Made by a program: the position numbers and the translations under genes
Assembly (NCBI GenBank): GCA_003971905.1
Contig: RSEE01000018.1
Coordinates: forward strand, 248,001 to 312,000
DNA from: Moniliella sp. 'wahieum'
Lineage: Eukaryota
Length of the DNA: 64,000 nt
Direction of reading: 5' to 3'
In this document: piece by piece, positions 49,383 to 62,498 of the stretch
Numbering within the stretch: the first letter of the stretch is position 1
Layout of the letters: every line of letters starts with the position of its first letter
The notes under the pieces: model-generated
Told to the model about the DNA's origin: nothing
What the model saw: the letters and a program-made list of their open reading frames with translations, nothing else
Database searches by the model: none

Positions 49383-51080
49383 TTGAATGGAAACTGAATG
49401 GGGGCGCAGATGCAGGAGGGGGCACTGCGGGCCCGGGTCAGGTGACGGGACGCACAAGTGCTGGGAGGGGGGACACCAGGACACGCAAGGACATGCATGC
49501 CACGTATGTGGCACACGACATGGGACGGGGGGGGACATGTGCCTGACATGTGACAGGCAAACCATTGAGTCCGCTGAAAGTGAACATTCAAGTGCTCAGT
49601 ACTTGGTGTACTCGGCGTCCCATGTACCCGGTGGAGTTGGAGGTCTCCACTTGTAACTAACAAGTAGCAAGCGAGCACATTATCGGGGGTGCAGCAAGGC
49701 GGAGGAGGATGGAGGTGTGACATGCGTGACATGCATATGGCATGTGAAAGATTTGCGAAACGCGAGAGGCAGCAGGAGGCAGCAGCGCCGAGGCTTGGTC
49801 TGGCTGGAAGCAATGATCGACGGGATGGATGATTAATGATATGCTGACAGTCCCTCCGTTTTTTAAGCTTTGCTTTTGCTTTAGCTTTAGCTTTTCGATA
49901 CAAAGGGTTGCTGTGTGGTTGCGCCTGTCGATGATATGATAGCCGACGATCAATGGTCGCCGGTCGATAGTCGATGGTCGGTGATAACATGTAGCACGTA
50001 ACAAGGACAAAGTGCAGCGCCAGGGCCATCCTGCTGATGCATGATGATCGAAACTAGTGCGACGCACTTCCAGAACATCAGGTGCATCATGCATCATGCA
50101 TCCTGGGTGGTGTTGGCATAAGCGAGCGGTGGGCCGGTAGCGCTGAGAGCGAGGCACTGAAAGGATTGAAAACTGAAAACTGAACTCAAAGTGTTCCTGT
50201 CAGCATGTCAGGTCGGTGGCGGGGGCGGCGCGCGACGGGGAGGAGGCTTGAAGGTCTTTTGAAGTGTCAACGTGAGGATGAAAATTGGATGGAGCTACTG
50301 GCAGAGGGGCAGCAGGGCAGTAGAACAGCAGGGAAGCCGGCTCTACCCTCGTCCAGTACTATATCCCGCCGGCAAGGCTTGAAGCTTGATGCATGATGCA
50401 TGATGGCAGCAACGCCTGCAACACCACTGCAACACCTCGTGCTCGGTCGTTGCTCGCTCTCCGCGCTGGGGCGGCGTAGTGATTGACTGCGCTGAAGCTA
50501 GTGACGTGCGGCGGCGGAGCAGGGCGCTCAGGCTGAGCCGCTAAACGCGCGCTGGGGTGCTGTACGCTGACTTGCTGACTACCTGACGCTGGAAGCTAGA
50601 AGCTTGAAAAGGGCGAGGGACATGTCAGCATGTCAGGCCTGTCCTGTCCCATGTCGGGCTGACACCTGTGGTTGTCCACCTCGTTGCTCTTCGTCTCCGG
50701 GCCCTTGGTGCCTGCGGTCGATCCGGATGGGATCCTACACGCTACGCCGCTTCCTATGGCGCTCGGCATGGCTTGGTTGGCTGCTCTTCGTATGAACAGC
50801 GTTCGTTGATGCACACCATGCCCTGGGGACTTCCGATGGATCAATGAAGTTCATGAGGCAGAGTAAGCATAAAATCCGTCATTGATGGATCGATTGCTGG
50901 AGAGTCCAGGCTTCACGTTCACTACGTTCACACGAACGAGGGATCCATCCCGTAACCCATTCCCATCCATGGATCATGTGTATCAAGGCGGCTGTGCTCT
51001 CCCGGTTGGAGCTGTATACTCCATCCACACAGCAGCTGCCGTCCCACACCCCCCAGGGCCACACTACGGAGCCAGGCAGG

Positions 51081-52255
51081 CTACCGTGTTCCAGCACGAA
51101 AAGGCAATGGGTTAGCAGGTTCACATAATGACCACATCCTTCCACCATCCACCATCCACCAACACCCTCCTGGCCAATACGTACGATTCCAAGTCACGCC
51201 CACGCCCGTCTCGAGTGTGTCGAGGAAACGCATGTCGTCCGCACTCAGCGCAAAATCAAACACCTTCGCATTCTCGTCGACGTGCCGCCCGGTGCCCTTG
51301 GGAATGACAATGTAGCCCTTTTGAAGCGACCAACGAATCAGAATCTGAGCTGGGGTCTTTCCCAGCTTCTGCTCATGATCAAAAAAGGGGTGGAGGGGTT
51401 GAGACACCCAGAGTTAGTCAAAAGAGTACGGCTCCAGGTAGAGTCGCCCAACGTACACGTCCCACGGCGTGAATCTCAGGTGCTTCAAGGTGCTGTCCCC
51501 TTCCAAGAGGAGAATACGCCTCGATCGCAATGTTGTACTTGGCCACGACAGCGGACGAGATGATCTCCTTCCGCTGGAAAAAGGGAGTCACCTCGATCTG
51601 ATTGAGAACAGGAGGACTACATACGTATCATCGCCGGTCAGCTCAACAGTTCAAGCACAGATGGTCCCCAACTCACTCATTCGGAAAGGCAGCCACCAAT
51701 TCTTCGAGATGGTGCACGCCATAATTCCTGCCAGAAAAGGGTTAGCTTGCCGGCTCGGCCGGGCACCCTTGGTCCTTCCCTATGGGCCAAGTCGGAGAGG
51801 TAACGTACGAGACACCGATCGACTTGACCAGTCCTTGCTTCTTGGCCTCGATCAATCCAGCCCAGGCTTTCAGACGCGCCTCTTTCCCTGGGCGGGGGCT
51901 ATGAATGAGCATGAGGTCCAGCGTGGAACCGAGCTGGGCCACACTCTCTTTCACAGCGCGCAGCGCATCCTCGTGCTGATCGTCCCTGATCTTGGAGGTG
52001 ATAAAGATGTGTTCGCGCTTGGTTCCTTGCGTATTGATGCTCGGATCGGTGAGAAAGTTGCGCACACCCTTGCCTACTGCGTCTTCGTTCCCGTACCACA
52101 CGGCCGTTCAATGTGGCGAACGCCAAGGCCCAACGCACGTTGGACAGATTCCACGGCATCGTTGCCGCGGCTCATGTAGACTCCGATGCCAAGTTGCGGG
52201 ATGGCCTGCCCATCAGAGAGGCGAACGGTGGTCTGCAGAGTGAGGGGCTGGTCAT
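51081..52255 (-). CDS. Aldo-keto reductase
   Basis: VRLSDGQAIPQLGIGVY, WYGNEDAVG, IFITSK, LDLMLIHSP, GLVKSIGVS, KTPAQILIRWSLQKGYIVIPK, ENAKVFDFALSADDMRFLD. Several introns. Confidence 0.93.
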
Positions 52256-52543
52256 AGCACACGCGTGTACGATGGAGACGGTGGGGCGAGCAACACTTCG
52301 ATTCATAAGCGCCACCAGCGTCAGCGCTCAGCTTGCGATGTATAGCCCGCTTGGCTTGTGGCCCTGGCGCATCAGCGTCATGTGATGCAATGGCCCGGCG
52401 TCCCGGACGATACAGGCGGGCAGCAGAAATTTTGAAACGGCGAGCCAGAAGGCCATGGCAGATGGCATTCTGCCCGACCTGAGCACGCAGCTGCGTGCTG
52501 CGTCTCCACTTAACCTCTGCCCCACCATCCCCATTGCCCTCAC

Positions 52544-53244
52544 CATGCGCAACGCCCTCGCCCTATCTAGGGCGCGCGCATCGACCCCGTTTCCAATAAG
52601 AAGGTCATTTGCTACGTCACGATTGACTGCGGCCGAGCTTGTCCAGCCGTATGTGGTGGGAAGCCACCCGGCGACCGGCCCTTGGTGCGTTACCCTTTTC
52701 CGCCTAGCTGCCCCAGGGTGGAAGCGCTGACGCGAGCGTTTGGAATGTAGGATGGGATGCGCGCCACGATTGTGGGTGTGCTTTAGGTGCAGGAACTGCG
52801 TACGCGTATGCCCAAACTGTGCTGGCACCCAAGTATGCGGCAAACGTGGCGTTGATGGACCGGACAATGGAGGCGGTGGAGCAGAGGTCTCAAGAAGTGG
52901 CGGTCGAGTTTGCTCGTGTGTCGGATTTGGAGGCCATGCTGAGCGCAGCGATCCTCGAGTTGGCTAACAAAGATGAGATGGCGGCGCATCGGGCGGGCTT
53001 GTTGCGCGAGTCGGACGAGCTCTATGCCAAGATCCTCCAGTTGCGGCAAACCCTCTGGAGTGTGGGTATGTGTTTCCATTCTCGCTTCTTCCCTCCGACG
53101 GTGCGAAAGAGGCGCCACGTGCTGACCCTGTCTCTCCACTCCACTGCTTCAGATAATGATGTACACAATACTCTCAAGAAACACGACTTTAGTCCGCCTC
53201 TCGATCCTAGGGTCGCTCTTCAGAGGGGGCCTAAGCTCGTGTAG
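52544..53244 (+). CDS. Hypothetical coiled-coil protein, possibly mitochondrial
   Basis: Arg/Ser/Ala-rich N-terminus MRNALALSRARASTPFPIRRSFATSRL. Two plausible GTATGT..AG introns (about 52649 and 53066) and a helical ORF at 52819..53244. Confidence 0.5.
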
Positions 53245-54584
53245 CAATGCAATCAAAACATACATAATCCGATGGGGTATCCAGCAAGACAGGTTGGACA
53301 GGGGGGGGGGGGTTCATGAGCCATAGGGGTCGGGGGCGACGTGGAGCGTGTACCGGATCGTCATTTGGACGTAGGCTGCTAGGCACAAGATCAATACCGT
53401 GGCCATGGGCCGACCGGGAGTAACACTTGGGGGTAAACGTTAGTGGGTCGTAGCTGCAGATAGGTTCAAGTAAGTGCCACGTACCTCCTAATGCAACCCC
53501 TGCGCTTACGCCGCCAATCAAAGTGCGTGCAACCCAGTCAATGGAAAAGTCGGCATGGCCAGCAACGAGCAAAGCAGTGTGACGCAACCACGCTGCTGGG
53601 GTGGCCCTCTCGGTATCGGTCAAAGAAGGACCCAGTTCATCGGAACTCTCGTTCCAGCTCGCGTCGCCGTCGGAGCGCCAGAGAAAATTGAGGAGGAGGA
53701 GGAACAAGGGGGTGAGGGAGGACAGCATCAGGCCCATGGAATCAACGAGGGCTCAAACAACTCTTCGGCTCCCATCCCTGGCTCTACCAAAGAGAGGTCC
53801 ACTTCGGCGTCGCCGTGAGTAGGAGCCGCGACAGGCTGGGTCACCTCTGCCACCGGCTCATCCTCAGCAAGTTTGCCCTTCGGGCCTGGATGCTGTTCAG
53901 AGGGGAAGCATCGGACCACACTGGACAATCCAAGTATGACGCCTTGCCATGCAATCGTTTCTGACAAAAGGGGGTGGCATTAGCCCTGCACACGAATCGA
54001 GGGGCAGAAGCAACAACGTACCAATGGCTGTGGCGACAACCACCAGCGCGTACGAACCAAACACGGGTTGGAGGTCGCTGAGTGTACCGGCTCTCGGCAC
54101 CAGGGCGAAATTGGTGTAAGGAAGAAACTTGTGGATCAAAAGGTCCAGGGGTGTACTCTCTTCTGTAGCTACGTTGCTCTGCGCCATATACAGGGTGGTC
54201 CAGCGGAGGTCTGACAATGGCAGATCAGGTCAGCGCACACACACGGACACCCGGACGGATCCGCCCTGGGTAGCGGACCAAGATGCAGATCGCACGTACA
54301 CGCATCCACCAAGACAACCGCCATAAGATAGCGCGCTACCTTTCCCCATTTGCGCCAGTGCGTGCCTGCGGACGCGGAGGGTGGCGGAGCGAGGTTGAAG
54401 AGGAGGTGACGATACACGCGCGGCTTGACCAGCAGCAGGTCCAGCACGGCCAGGAGGAGTCGTGTTCGAGGTAAGGGTCGGCAAAGTGGCGGCAGACAGG
54501 GCACTTGGTGCAGACGATGCTGACCGTTCCATATGTCGAGTAGAGCGAGGGGACGAGGTGGCCACAGTGCACACAGAGCGGCAT
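53231..54584 (-). CDS. ARV1: Arv1 family ER membrane protein
   Basis: MPLCVHCGHLVPSLYSTY..CTKCPVCRHFADPYLEHD..LDLLLVKPRVYRHLLFN (Arv1 zinc-binding homology domain), followed by TM segments. The 3' end is uncertain. Confidence 0.9.
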
Positions 54585-54866
54585 GGCGGGCGGCGGGCAT
54601 GGGCCGGGCCAAGCGACGCAGGTGTTGGACGCGAAAATACTCCGCAAGGCAGGCCAGACGAGCGTGTCGGTCTGGGGCCGCACGACGGCTGTGTCGGCTG
54701 CCATCGATGCCCATAGCGGGGGTGCCCATGCGGGCGGAACGTGATTGGGCGGAACTGGGTGGTTGGTTGTCGTGCCCGGGATTACGTACTGGCCCCGCGC
54801 CGCTCAGGCGGCCGGTTGCCGACATGTCCGTGCGAGGCATGCCTGGCGCTGCCCCGCCCCCCCACC

Positions 54867-54897
<31 letters not shown>

Positions 54898-54900
54898 ACC

Positions 54901-55531
54901 ATGTCTGCGCCTCAATGGGAAGTGCGAATGAGCAAAACGCGTCAGGTGCCCTACTTCTATGACGCAGCCAACCATGTGAGCAGCTGGGAGGGCCCGCCGG
55001 CCTTACCCCCGAAGCTATCAATGCCTTGCCCGGCGCTGCCCAGTACCTCCACGAGTCTGGCAGCGTGCGCGCGTCTCACATCCTCGTCAAGCACGCCAGT
55101 CGCGCCGGCCCTCGTCCCACCGCCAACAGCTCATCACCCGTTCCCCTCAGGAGGCCGAAGCTACGATCCAGGGCTTCATCCAGCAGCTCGGCCCCAACCC
55201 GGACCCGGCCTTGTTTGCCAAGTTGGCTGCCGAAAACAGGTAGGTATAGCACCTCGCTTTCTCTCTATCTTCTTTCCTTGCTCGCTTGCCGTTCCCTGCC
55301 CTTGCCTGGTTAATCTCCCATCCCCCCGTCCCCAATTGCTAACTACATTTTTGTGCTGTGCTGTGCTACAGTGACTGTTCCTCTGCCCGAGCCGGTGGGG
55401 ACCTGGGGGTGTTTCACCGCGGCCAGATGCAAAAGCCATTCGAGGATGCTGCATACAGCTTGCCCGTCGGTGGCATCAGCGGTGTAGTCCAAACCGATTC
55501 GGGTACTCACGTTATCCTGCGCACAGCTTGA
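54901..55531 (+). CDS. ESS1: Parvulin peptidyl-prolyl isomerase Pin1/Ess1
   Basis: WW domain [77 protein letters not shown]. Intron at about 55240-55371. Confidence 0.96.
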
Positions 55532-56213
55532 TGGGACCCTGAACGTTGAACCTTGGAACCCTCGTACCGGCGCCGCTGACGGTCTCGCAGCTGATTGGCT
55601 TGGTCCAAGTCGTGTCCCCCCGCAAAACTTCATCCCATTGTTGGATTCGGATTTGAGCTACTAATCATGAACTGTCCATAGGAGAAGCATTTGTGGCGGT
55701 TGGGAAGGATGCGCGGCAGGGTGTGTCCGAAGGGGCGATAATGGCGTTGGTAGGCAAGACTCAATGGAACTACATACATACCCGACCAGGGCCAATCCGA
55801 GTCCAGAGGTTAAGGATGCCTGAAAAGGGCGTGGGACCAAAGCAGGCAGGAGCTGGGCCAGGCCATGTTCATAGCGCCCGTTGAACGCTAGAAGGGTTCG
55901 AGCAGGTCAAGACTCCCAAAGCGAGGGAGACGGTAGAGAAACAGCGTCCTGCGCGAGGCGATTAACTAGCAGCGACAGCTGCTACTTAGAGAGAGACGAC
56001 TCCAGTATTGGTTGCCGAGTGGATCCAAGCTCAGTTTCACCCACACCACTACTGAGTCGATGCGTGCTAGGAAGCGTCAAGCAGACTCACCGCCATAAGA
56101 CCGATGGAAGGTACACAGTACAGACAAAAGTGCTTCCACTTGCTACCTGCGATGCGACTTTGGTGATCGTCCGTTTATCTCTGCAACGACCAACCCAAGT
56201 CAGAAGCCATCAA

Positions 56214-56308
56214 GGCAATGTGCCCGAGCGGTTAAGGGGATTGATTAGAACTGCATTCTAACCATCAATTAGGCTCTGCCTGCACAGGTTCGAATCCTGT
56301 CATTGTCG
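56214..56308 (+). tRNA. tRNA-Ser(AGA) with 13-nt intron
   Basis: GGCAATG/CATTGTC acceptor stem, ATTGA-TTAGAA[56251-56263]A-TCAAT anticodon arm, AGGC-TCT-GCCT variable arm, ACAGG-TTCGAAT-CCTGT T arm, then a T7 terminator. Confidence 0.95.
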
Positions 56309-56494
56309 ATTTTTTTGTGGCGTCCCTATCTGCGTGGGCGCGGTGAGCGCTGAGCGACGCAGAAGTCGATGACGAGCAGCTCGATTCCGCCGCGCTCCGC
56401 CGCTCGCCTCGGGCGCTGCGTACGAGTGAGTCGCTGGGACAGGCTGCGCAGCTGAGCCGCGCCTGCTCCTCGCCCGCCCACCGCCTTACCCGCC

Positions 56495-58027
56495 ATGTCG
56501 CATCCCGAACAAGATGCGCTCGGCGGCCCTGAAGCTGCTGTCGGCGCGCTGCGGCCGAGGTGCTGCACTACCTTCCGCACCCAGCGCGGCGTCAACCTCG
56601 GCACCTGGTTCTCCTCTCCCTCGAGACGTGGCTGGTGCCATCGCTGTTTGAGGGCGTCGGGATGGCAAGAGCGAGTACGACTTGAATGCGCAGTTGCCGG
56701 CGGCCGAGGTGGGGAGGCGGTTCGTCGCCACTGGCCGTTGGGTCACCGAGCCCGATTGGATCTGGTTGGTGCAGCACGGGGTGAACACGGTGCGGTTGCC
56801 AATCGGCTACTTTCACTTTGTGCCCGACTTGGCGCCGCACTTGATGCGCGGACCGAGTACGAGCGGTTCGCACCGACCTACACTGGTGCCTGGGCCTACG
56901 TCACACAGGCCATTGAGGCGGCTGCGCGGCATGGGATGGGAGTGCTGGTGGACCTGCATGGTGCGCCGGGCGGACAAGGTGTGGATGGCCATACCGGTCT
57001 CACCATCCACGAGGCCGGCTTATGGTCCGGCCCCAATGCCCAAGCCAACCAAGCGGCGACGATTGCGATGCTCGTGACGCTCCAACGCGCTGTGAGCGCC
57101 TACGCCAATGTGGTCGGGATCGAATTGCTCAACGAGCCCAAGAATGGCAACCACCTCACTGCGTTTACGACCGAGCAATCGCTGCGATGCGCAAGGCCGT
57201 TCCCACCCGCACCGCCGAGCAACTGCAAATCAACTCGTTGCCGCTGTACGTGTCGGATGCTTGGTCGCTAGATTGGTACGCGGCCCAATTTGGGGGTCCG
57301 GTCCGGTGTCGGCCGTTGAACCCGCTCGTGGTGGACCATCACTTGTACCGCGCCTTTACCCCGGCGGACCACAAGACACTGTGTGCCGAGCATGCCTTGC
57401 TCACCGTCCGGGCCACAAGACGTTCGATTTCTTTGCTTTGCACGGCGCCAAAGCCCAGGGCAACTTGATCCTGGGCGAATGGTCCGCTGCGCTCCACTTT
57501 ACCTCGTGGGACAAGGCAAGCGACAAACGGGCGCAACAAGCCGATTGGGCCCACTCCCAACTCGCTCTCATCGAAGCAACCTGTGCCGGCCAGTTTTTTT
57601 GGACGTACAAAAAAGAAGGCAAGCCAGATCTAGGATGGGGATTTTACTCGGCAGTCGAGCAGGTATCTTGCCCTCCCACTTACTTGCCTTTGCTCTCGGC
57701 CGCTCCCCCGAAAGTGTGCCGGACGAAGGGCGGCTCAACGGGCCGGCAGCGCGGCAGAAAGCAGCGGTAGCTAGTTTGCCGCCCCAAGCGGACCAAACCC
57801 GGTTTCGACATGGGTTCCAACAAGCGTGGCAGGACGCTTCGCTCTGGTGGTACCACCCGCCTCACAATGGGCCGAGGGCAACCGTCGGCTACCGTAAGAT
57901 GCTGGCATGCATCCGCTTGGCCCAGTACCAAGCCCAGCACGGCCGGTCGCGCACCGACTTTGCGTATGACCACGGCTTCCTTGCTGCGCTCGATGCGTTT
58001 GACCGGTTCCTCCTCCGTGGCCTGTGA
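56495..58027 (+). CDS. Glycoside hydrolase family 5 (exo-1,3-beta-glucanase-like)
   Basis: RGVNLG.WF, GVNTVRLPIGYFH, VLVDLHGAPGGQ, GIELLNEP (acid/base), VVDHHLY, ILGEWS (nucleophile), FFWTYK. No obvious signal peptide. Confidence 0.92.
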
Positions 58028-58949
58028 CATGTGATACTCGACTGGGTGAGTGGGGGCGTTGTGTAGATCTGCATTCAGAACTAGGACGATCGGATCGCGC
58101 TTAAAGTGGGATGAGGCATCGATGAAGATGATCCACTGCGATGGATCGATCCGCTTCCTTCTCCTTTTCCTTCCCTCCTCCCCGGCCTCACCCTCGCCTT
58201 TTTTCTTCGCACTTTTTTGCCCCCTGTCTTCCCCATTGGACCTTTCCTCTTCCATCTTCCATCTCCATCTTCCATCTTGGTTCCCCGCCATGCCATCCAC
58301 AGGGGACACAATCGATAGGTAAATAGTCCCCGCCCTGCCCGTTCTTCCGTCTATGCACGACACGAGGTTACAAAGTTACGAGGTTACGACGTTAAGACAG
58401 TACGCTAGATTGGGGCTATGCAACCGATTCAGTATTGAGCAGGTACATTGCGTATCGTCCGACGTACAAGAAAGGGTTCAACGTCCAACGTTCAACGATC
58501 CTGATCACGTCGCCCGCGCTGCTGCTGTCGCTGCCGCTGCCGCCGTTGCTTCCGGCGGCGTAGGGCACGACGTACCCCACTCGGCCCAGCCAGGGACGCC
58601 CGCCGTTCGTTCACGTTCCCACTGGGACAGCAGCGCCCAATCCACCACCCGACTGCCCACTTGGAGGATGCGCTGACACGCACCTGCCCCCGTCCCGGCT
58701 TCGCCGCGAGCCACGCACCCGACGAGCCCGACATGGACGTCGAAGCGCCTGCCCCGCCGGACCGGACTTGGCACCGGCCAGAAACTCGGCCGAGAGCGCA
58801 GGTGCCAGCGTACGTGGCGGTACAGTGCCTCAGCGGGATGAGTGGACGCAGTGGGGTGGGATGGGACGCGTACGCTCCGCATGGTGCCGCGCCCGGCGAG
58901 AACGGGACGTAGGGCAACGAACCACAGCGCCATGCATCGCTGCGAGCGG

Positions 58950-61329
58950 GCGATCTTGTGGTCGAGTATAGCCCGCCTGATTGGTAGGTCGATATCCCGG
59001 TCCCGTCGAGGTCGTTGTCCATGTCCATGTCCAGGTCCAGGTCCAGGTCGTTGTCTAGGTCCAGGTCTACGTCGTTGTCCAGATCGACCGATGGAACGAG
59101 AGCTTCCACCCGTCTTGGTCCTGTTCGGAATCGGAGGCGGGGGCATAGGCCATTTCGTCCTCCACGGGGGGAGGGGAACAGATCCGTCCCCTCTCCCCTT
59201 GCCCTCTTCAAGTTCGGGCGGGAGGAAGGTTTGGACGACCGGGTGAAGGAAACGAGGTTCGTACCGATACGCACGGCCCGCGCCCAAATCTTTCATCAGC
59301 TTGGTCGGAGCGTTCCGAATGTGCATGGGGACCGGGTAGGAAGGAGTGTGGTGGACAGATTGGTAGCACGTTGCCAAGCGCGGTAGGCACGTGTATCTTT
59401 TGGACTCTCCGCGAGGTAGACGGCCGTTTGTGCTAACGTTTCGCCGCCTCGGGCAACCCCACCACTTGGACCGCCGTGTAGGTCGCAATGGCCATTTGGA
59501 GGGCAAGAGGGTTACTCCCACAATCTTCACTCGCAGCAATAATCATCCTACGCGCCACATAGAGCGGATCGTCCCGGCAGCACCATGCGCGCCAACCAGT
59601 ACACCGCTGCCGACGCATCCCCTCCCCGAATGGACTTGTGCAGAGCAGAGATGGCATCGTAGTGCCAATCGCCACTACGGTCGTACGCCAGAGCAGCAGA
59701 ACGAACTTTAGCTGTGCGCAGTGCTTGAATTACCCGTTCGGTCGTGGTGGCCTCGCTAGCTTGGTCGGCTTGGTTCTCTTGGCGGCCCGCTTGGACCGGT
59801 TTCGACGACGTCGATTCAGGAGGAGACATTGCATCGCTAGCCAAGGCCCAAGCGAGTTCGAGTGTGTTGAGAGCCGTGCGGGCATCGCCATCGGCGTTCG
59901 AGGCAATGTAGTGCAGTACACCCTCGGACACGGGGCATTCGCCGGGCGGATGACCGAAGGAGGCGACAATGCAGGCGGGGGGAGGCAGAGAGGTAGAGGG
60001 GGAAGGGGAGCTGGAGGAGGGGGAAGGCGCACCCGAACCAGCGGCGGGGTGGCAAGAGGCGTGGGATCATCAGCGGTGCGCTCCGAGACAGGCAGTGGGG
60101 CCTGGGCAGCAGCTGATCGGGGGTCGTATTACTTGCTGTACGGGTCGTACCGGCCTCATGGGCGCATGGGTTGCGGGGAAGACGAGGCGTTGAGCACGAC
60201 GGAGGATGGCAAGACGTTGGGAGCGTCAAGTCGTTGAAGGAGCACGACGCGCATGCGGCTCAAGAGGGCGGGAACGATGCGAAAGCTTGGGTTCTCAGTG
60301 GTAGCAGCGACGAGGCAAATGGTACCCATCTCAACGGCCGCCAAGAATGCATCTTGCAATCCGCGGTTGATCCGTTGAAACTCATCCACCATCACCATAG
60401 TGCGGGTCCCCGTGCGACGCAACCGCGCCCCTGCATCTTGGAGCGTCGTTTGATTTCCGGTAGGCCCGTGGTGATTGCACTGAGCTCGACGGTGCGCCAC
60501 TTGGCAGGGGCAGGGTTGGAAGCTGGGTCTGCATCGGCCGCTGGATCGGCGCGGGAGGTGGAAAGGGTAGAGTGGGGATGAGAACGAGAATGGAGGGTGG
60601 ATGGGTTCTTGAGGTGGTACGCAATGATGCGCGCCAAGGTAGTTTTGCCCGTACCGGGGGGGCCCAGAGGATGAGCGAAGGTGGGCCCCGCGGCGCACGC
60701 AGCAACGCACGCAACGTCCGCACCGCCGCTTCTTGCCCTACAAACTCATCCAACGTCCGGGGCCGCATCCGCTCCGCCAACGGCGCCGCATCCGCCACTG
60801 CTGCGCTCTCGTCCCGCCCGCCCATCACGCTCCACCAACCTCGGTCCCGCTTTGCGACACATACCCGATCCCCATGCCGAACCCGGGAGCAGAAGCGGAG
60901 GCGGGTGCGACGTGGGCATGGGCCCGTCCTTTGGGTGCTGCGCCAGCAGAGACGGGCAGGGCGGCGAAGGGGTGTCGGTCCAAGGACGCTGCGCGCGGCT
61001 GGTCGACTGGGGGCGGAGAGAGGCGGGGGGGGGACGGGCGGCGGCCATGAGGGAACGGAATGCGCCGCTTGGGGGCGGGGGGTGATCGGGGGGACGCGCG
61101 TGCGTTTGCGGGGTGGGTCGGGGGAGGCGTCGTCGTCGGAGGTGAGGTCGAGGGCTTGGCGGGACTTGGGCTTGGGCTCGGGCTTGGGCTGGGCTGGGAC
61201 GGCGGAGAGGGAGCGCTGGTGGTGAGGCAGAGGTCGAGATGGTCGTTGAGGTGGGTGAGGCGCATGGCCTTGAGGCAGTTGGGGCAGGACACCTGCTCCT
61301 GCCCGCGGGCATGGCATCGGCGATGGCCA
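58950..61329 (-). CDS. MGS1: Mgs1/WRNIP1/RarA AAA+ ATPase with N-terminal UBZ
   Basis: [40 protein letters not shown](GTGKTT), [66 protein letters not shown]. The C-terminal end is uncertain. Confidence 0.95.
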
Positions 61330-62498
61330 TGGCGGTGGTGGCAAACACCCAAGCAGAATGCCTGATCAAGCTAGGCCATTAAATAGCTGCTCGCGACGCG
61401 TCGCGCAGCGCCGGGCGGATTAACCTCAGCAGGCGGGCGAGGCGCCCGGGCACCTGAAACGAGACGCCGGGGCACTTTTTCTGGTCTGAGGCATGGCAAT
61501 CGCAATCCAATTAGGAGGAGCGCAGCCAGACACACGGTCGGCCAAGATTATACAATGCGGCGCAGCCGACCAACCCACACCGATCGCTGGCCCTCCCGCT
61601 TCTCACCGCCAAGCGTCCGCAACACCCCACATCCACACCTCCGTCTACGCACGCGACCCGCCGGGCGATGGCGCCGGTCGCCGCCTCCGCGCCGCCTCCT
61701 CCTCGCCTGTCCCGTCCGAGTCGGGCGACGGCCGTTGCGGCCTCTGGGGCCTGGCGACGGACCATGCACAGGCTCTGCCGCCTCCCCGCCTCCACACCGT
61801 CCCCCTCACGTCCCCGCCCATCCCCATCCACAGATGCAGATGCAGATGCAGATGCAGATAGACAGCTACCGAGCCTGACGCGGACCAGAGTGGCAAGGGC
61901 GAGCCCATGGCGGAGCAAGGGGGGGAGCACGCGGCTCGCGTGGCAACCGTTCCGAAATGCCGACGACGGTCGGAATGGAATCATGCACATGCACAGCGTC
62001 CTGGCTCCGATCCTCATTCGAAGTGCCTTCCCTTCCGCCACGTTCACGTTCACGTTCACGTCACAGTCATATCGGCATTCACGTCGACGTTATATTCCTC
62101 TCTTCGTCACGTGCGGGCGGGGGGAATAAAGGCAGCGGCGCGTGAGTAGGTGGCAGCGTCGGTGGCACGGTTAGAACGGACCGAGTCGGCAGAGTCGGTA
62201 GAGGGGAGAGGGTGGGCAGAGGGGATAGAGTGGATAGGGTGGATAGGACGGGGAGAGTGGGTGGGGACGTTAATGGAAGGAGGAGGAAGCACGGGCACAG
62301 GTGCAGGCGCAGACGCAGACGAATGCGTAGCTCCTCTCGCGTGGGGCGGGGGAAGGAAGCCTCCACCTCGCTCGAGATCGAAGAGCGTACAGAACCAGAA
62401 TCAACGGCAGAGCAACGTCGTTTGTAGCAGAACCCCGGCATCCTCAGAACAACGGAGGCGCCGTTCACGCCTACCACACCAGCATCGCCGCCACAATA

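Noticed and set aside
59015..59082. (GTCCAG/GTCCAT)n hexamer run, and (GATGCA)n at about 61832-61858
   Set aside because: Ordinary low-complexity microsatellites.
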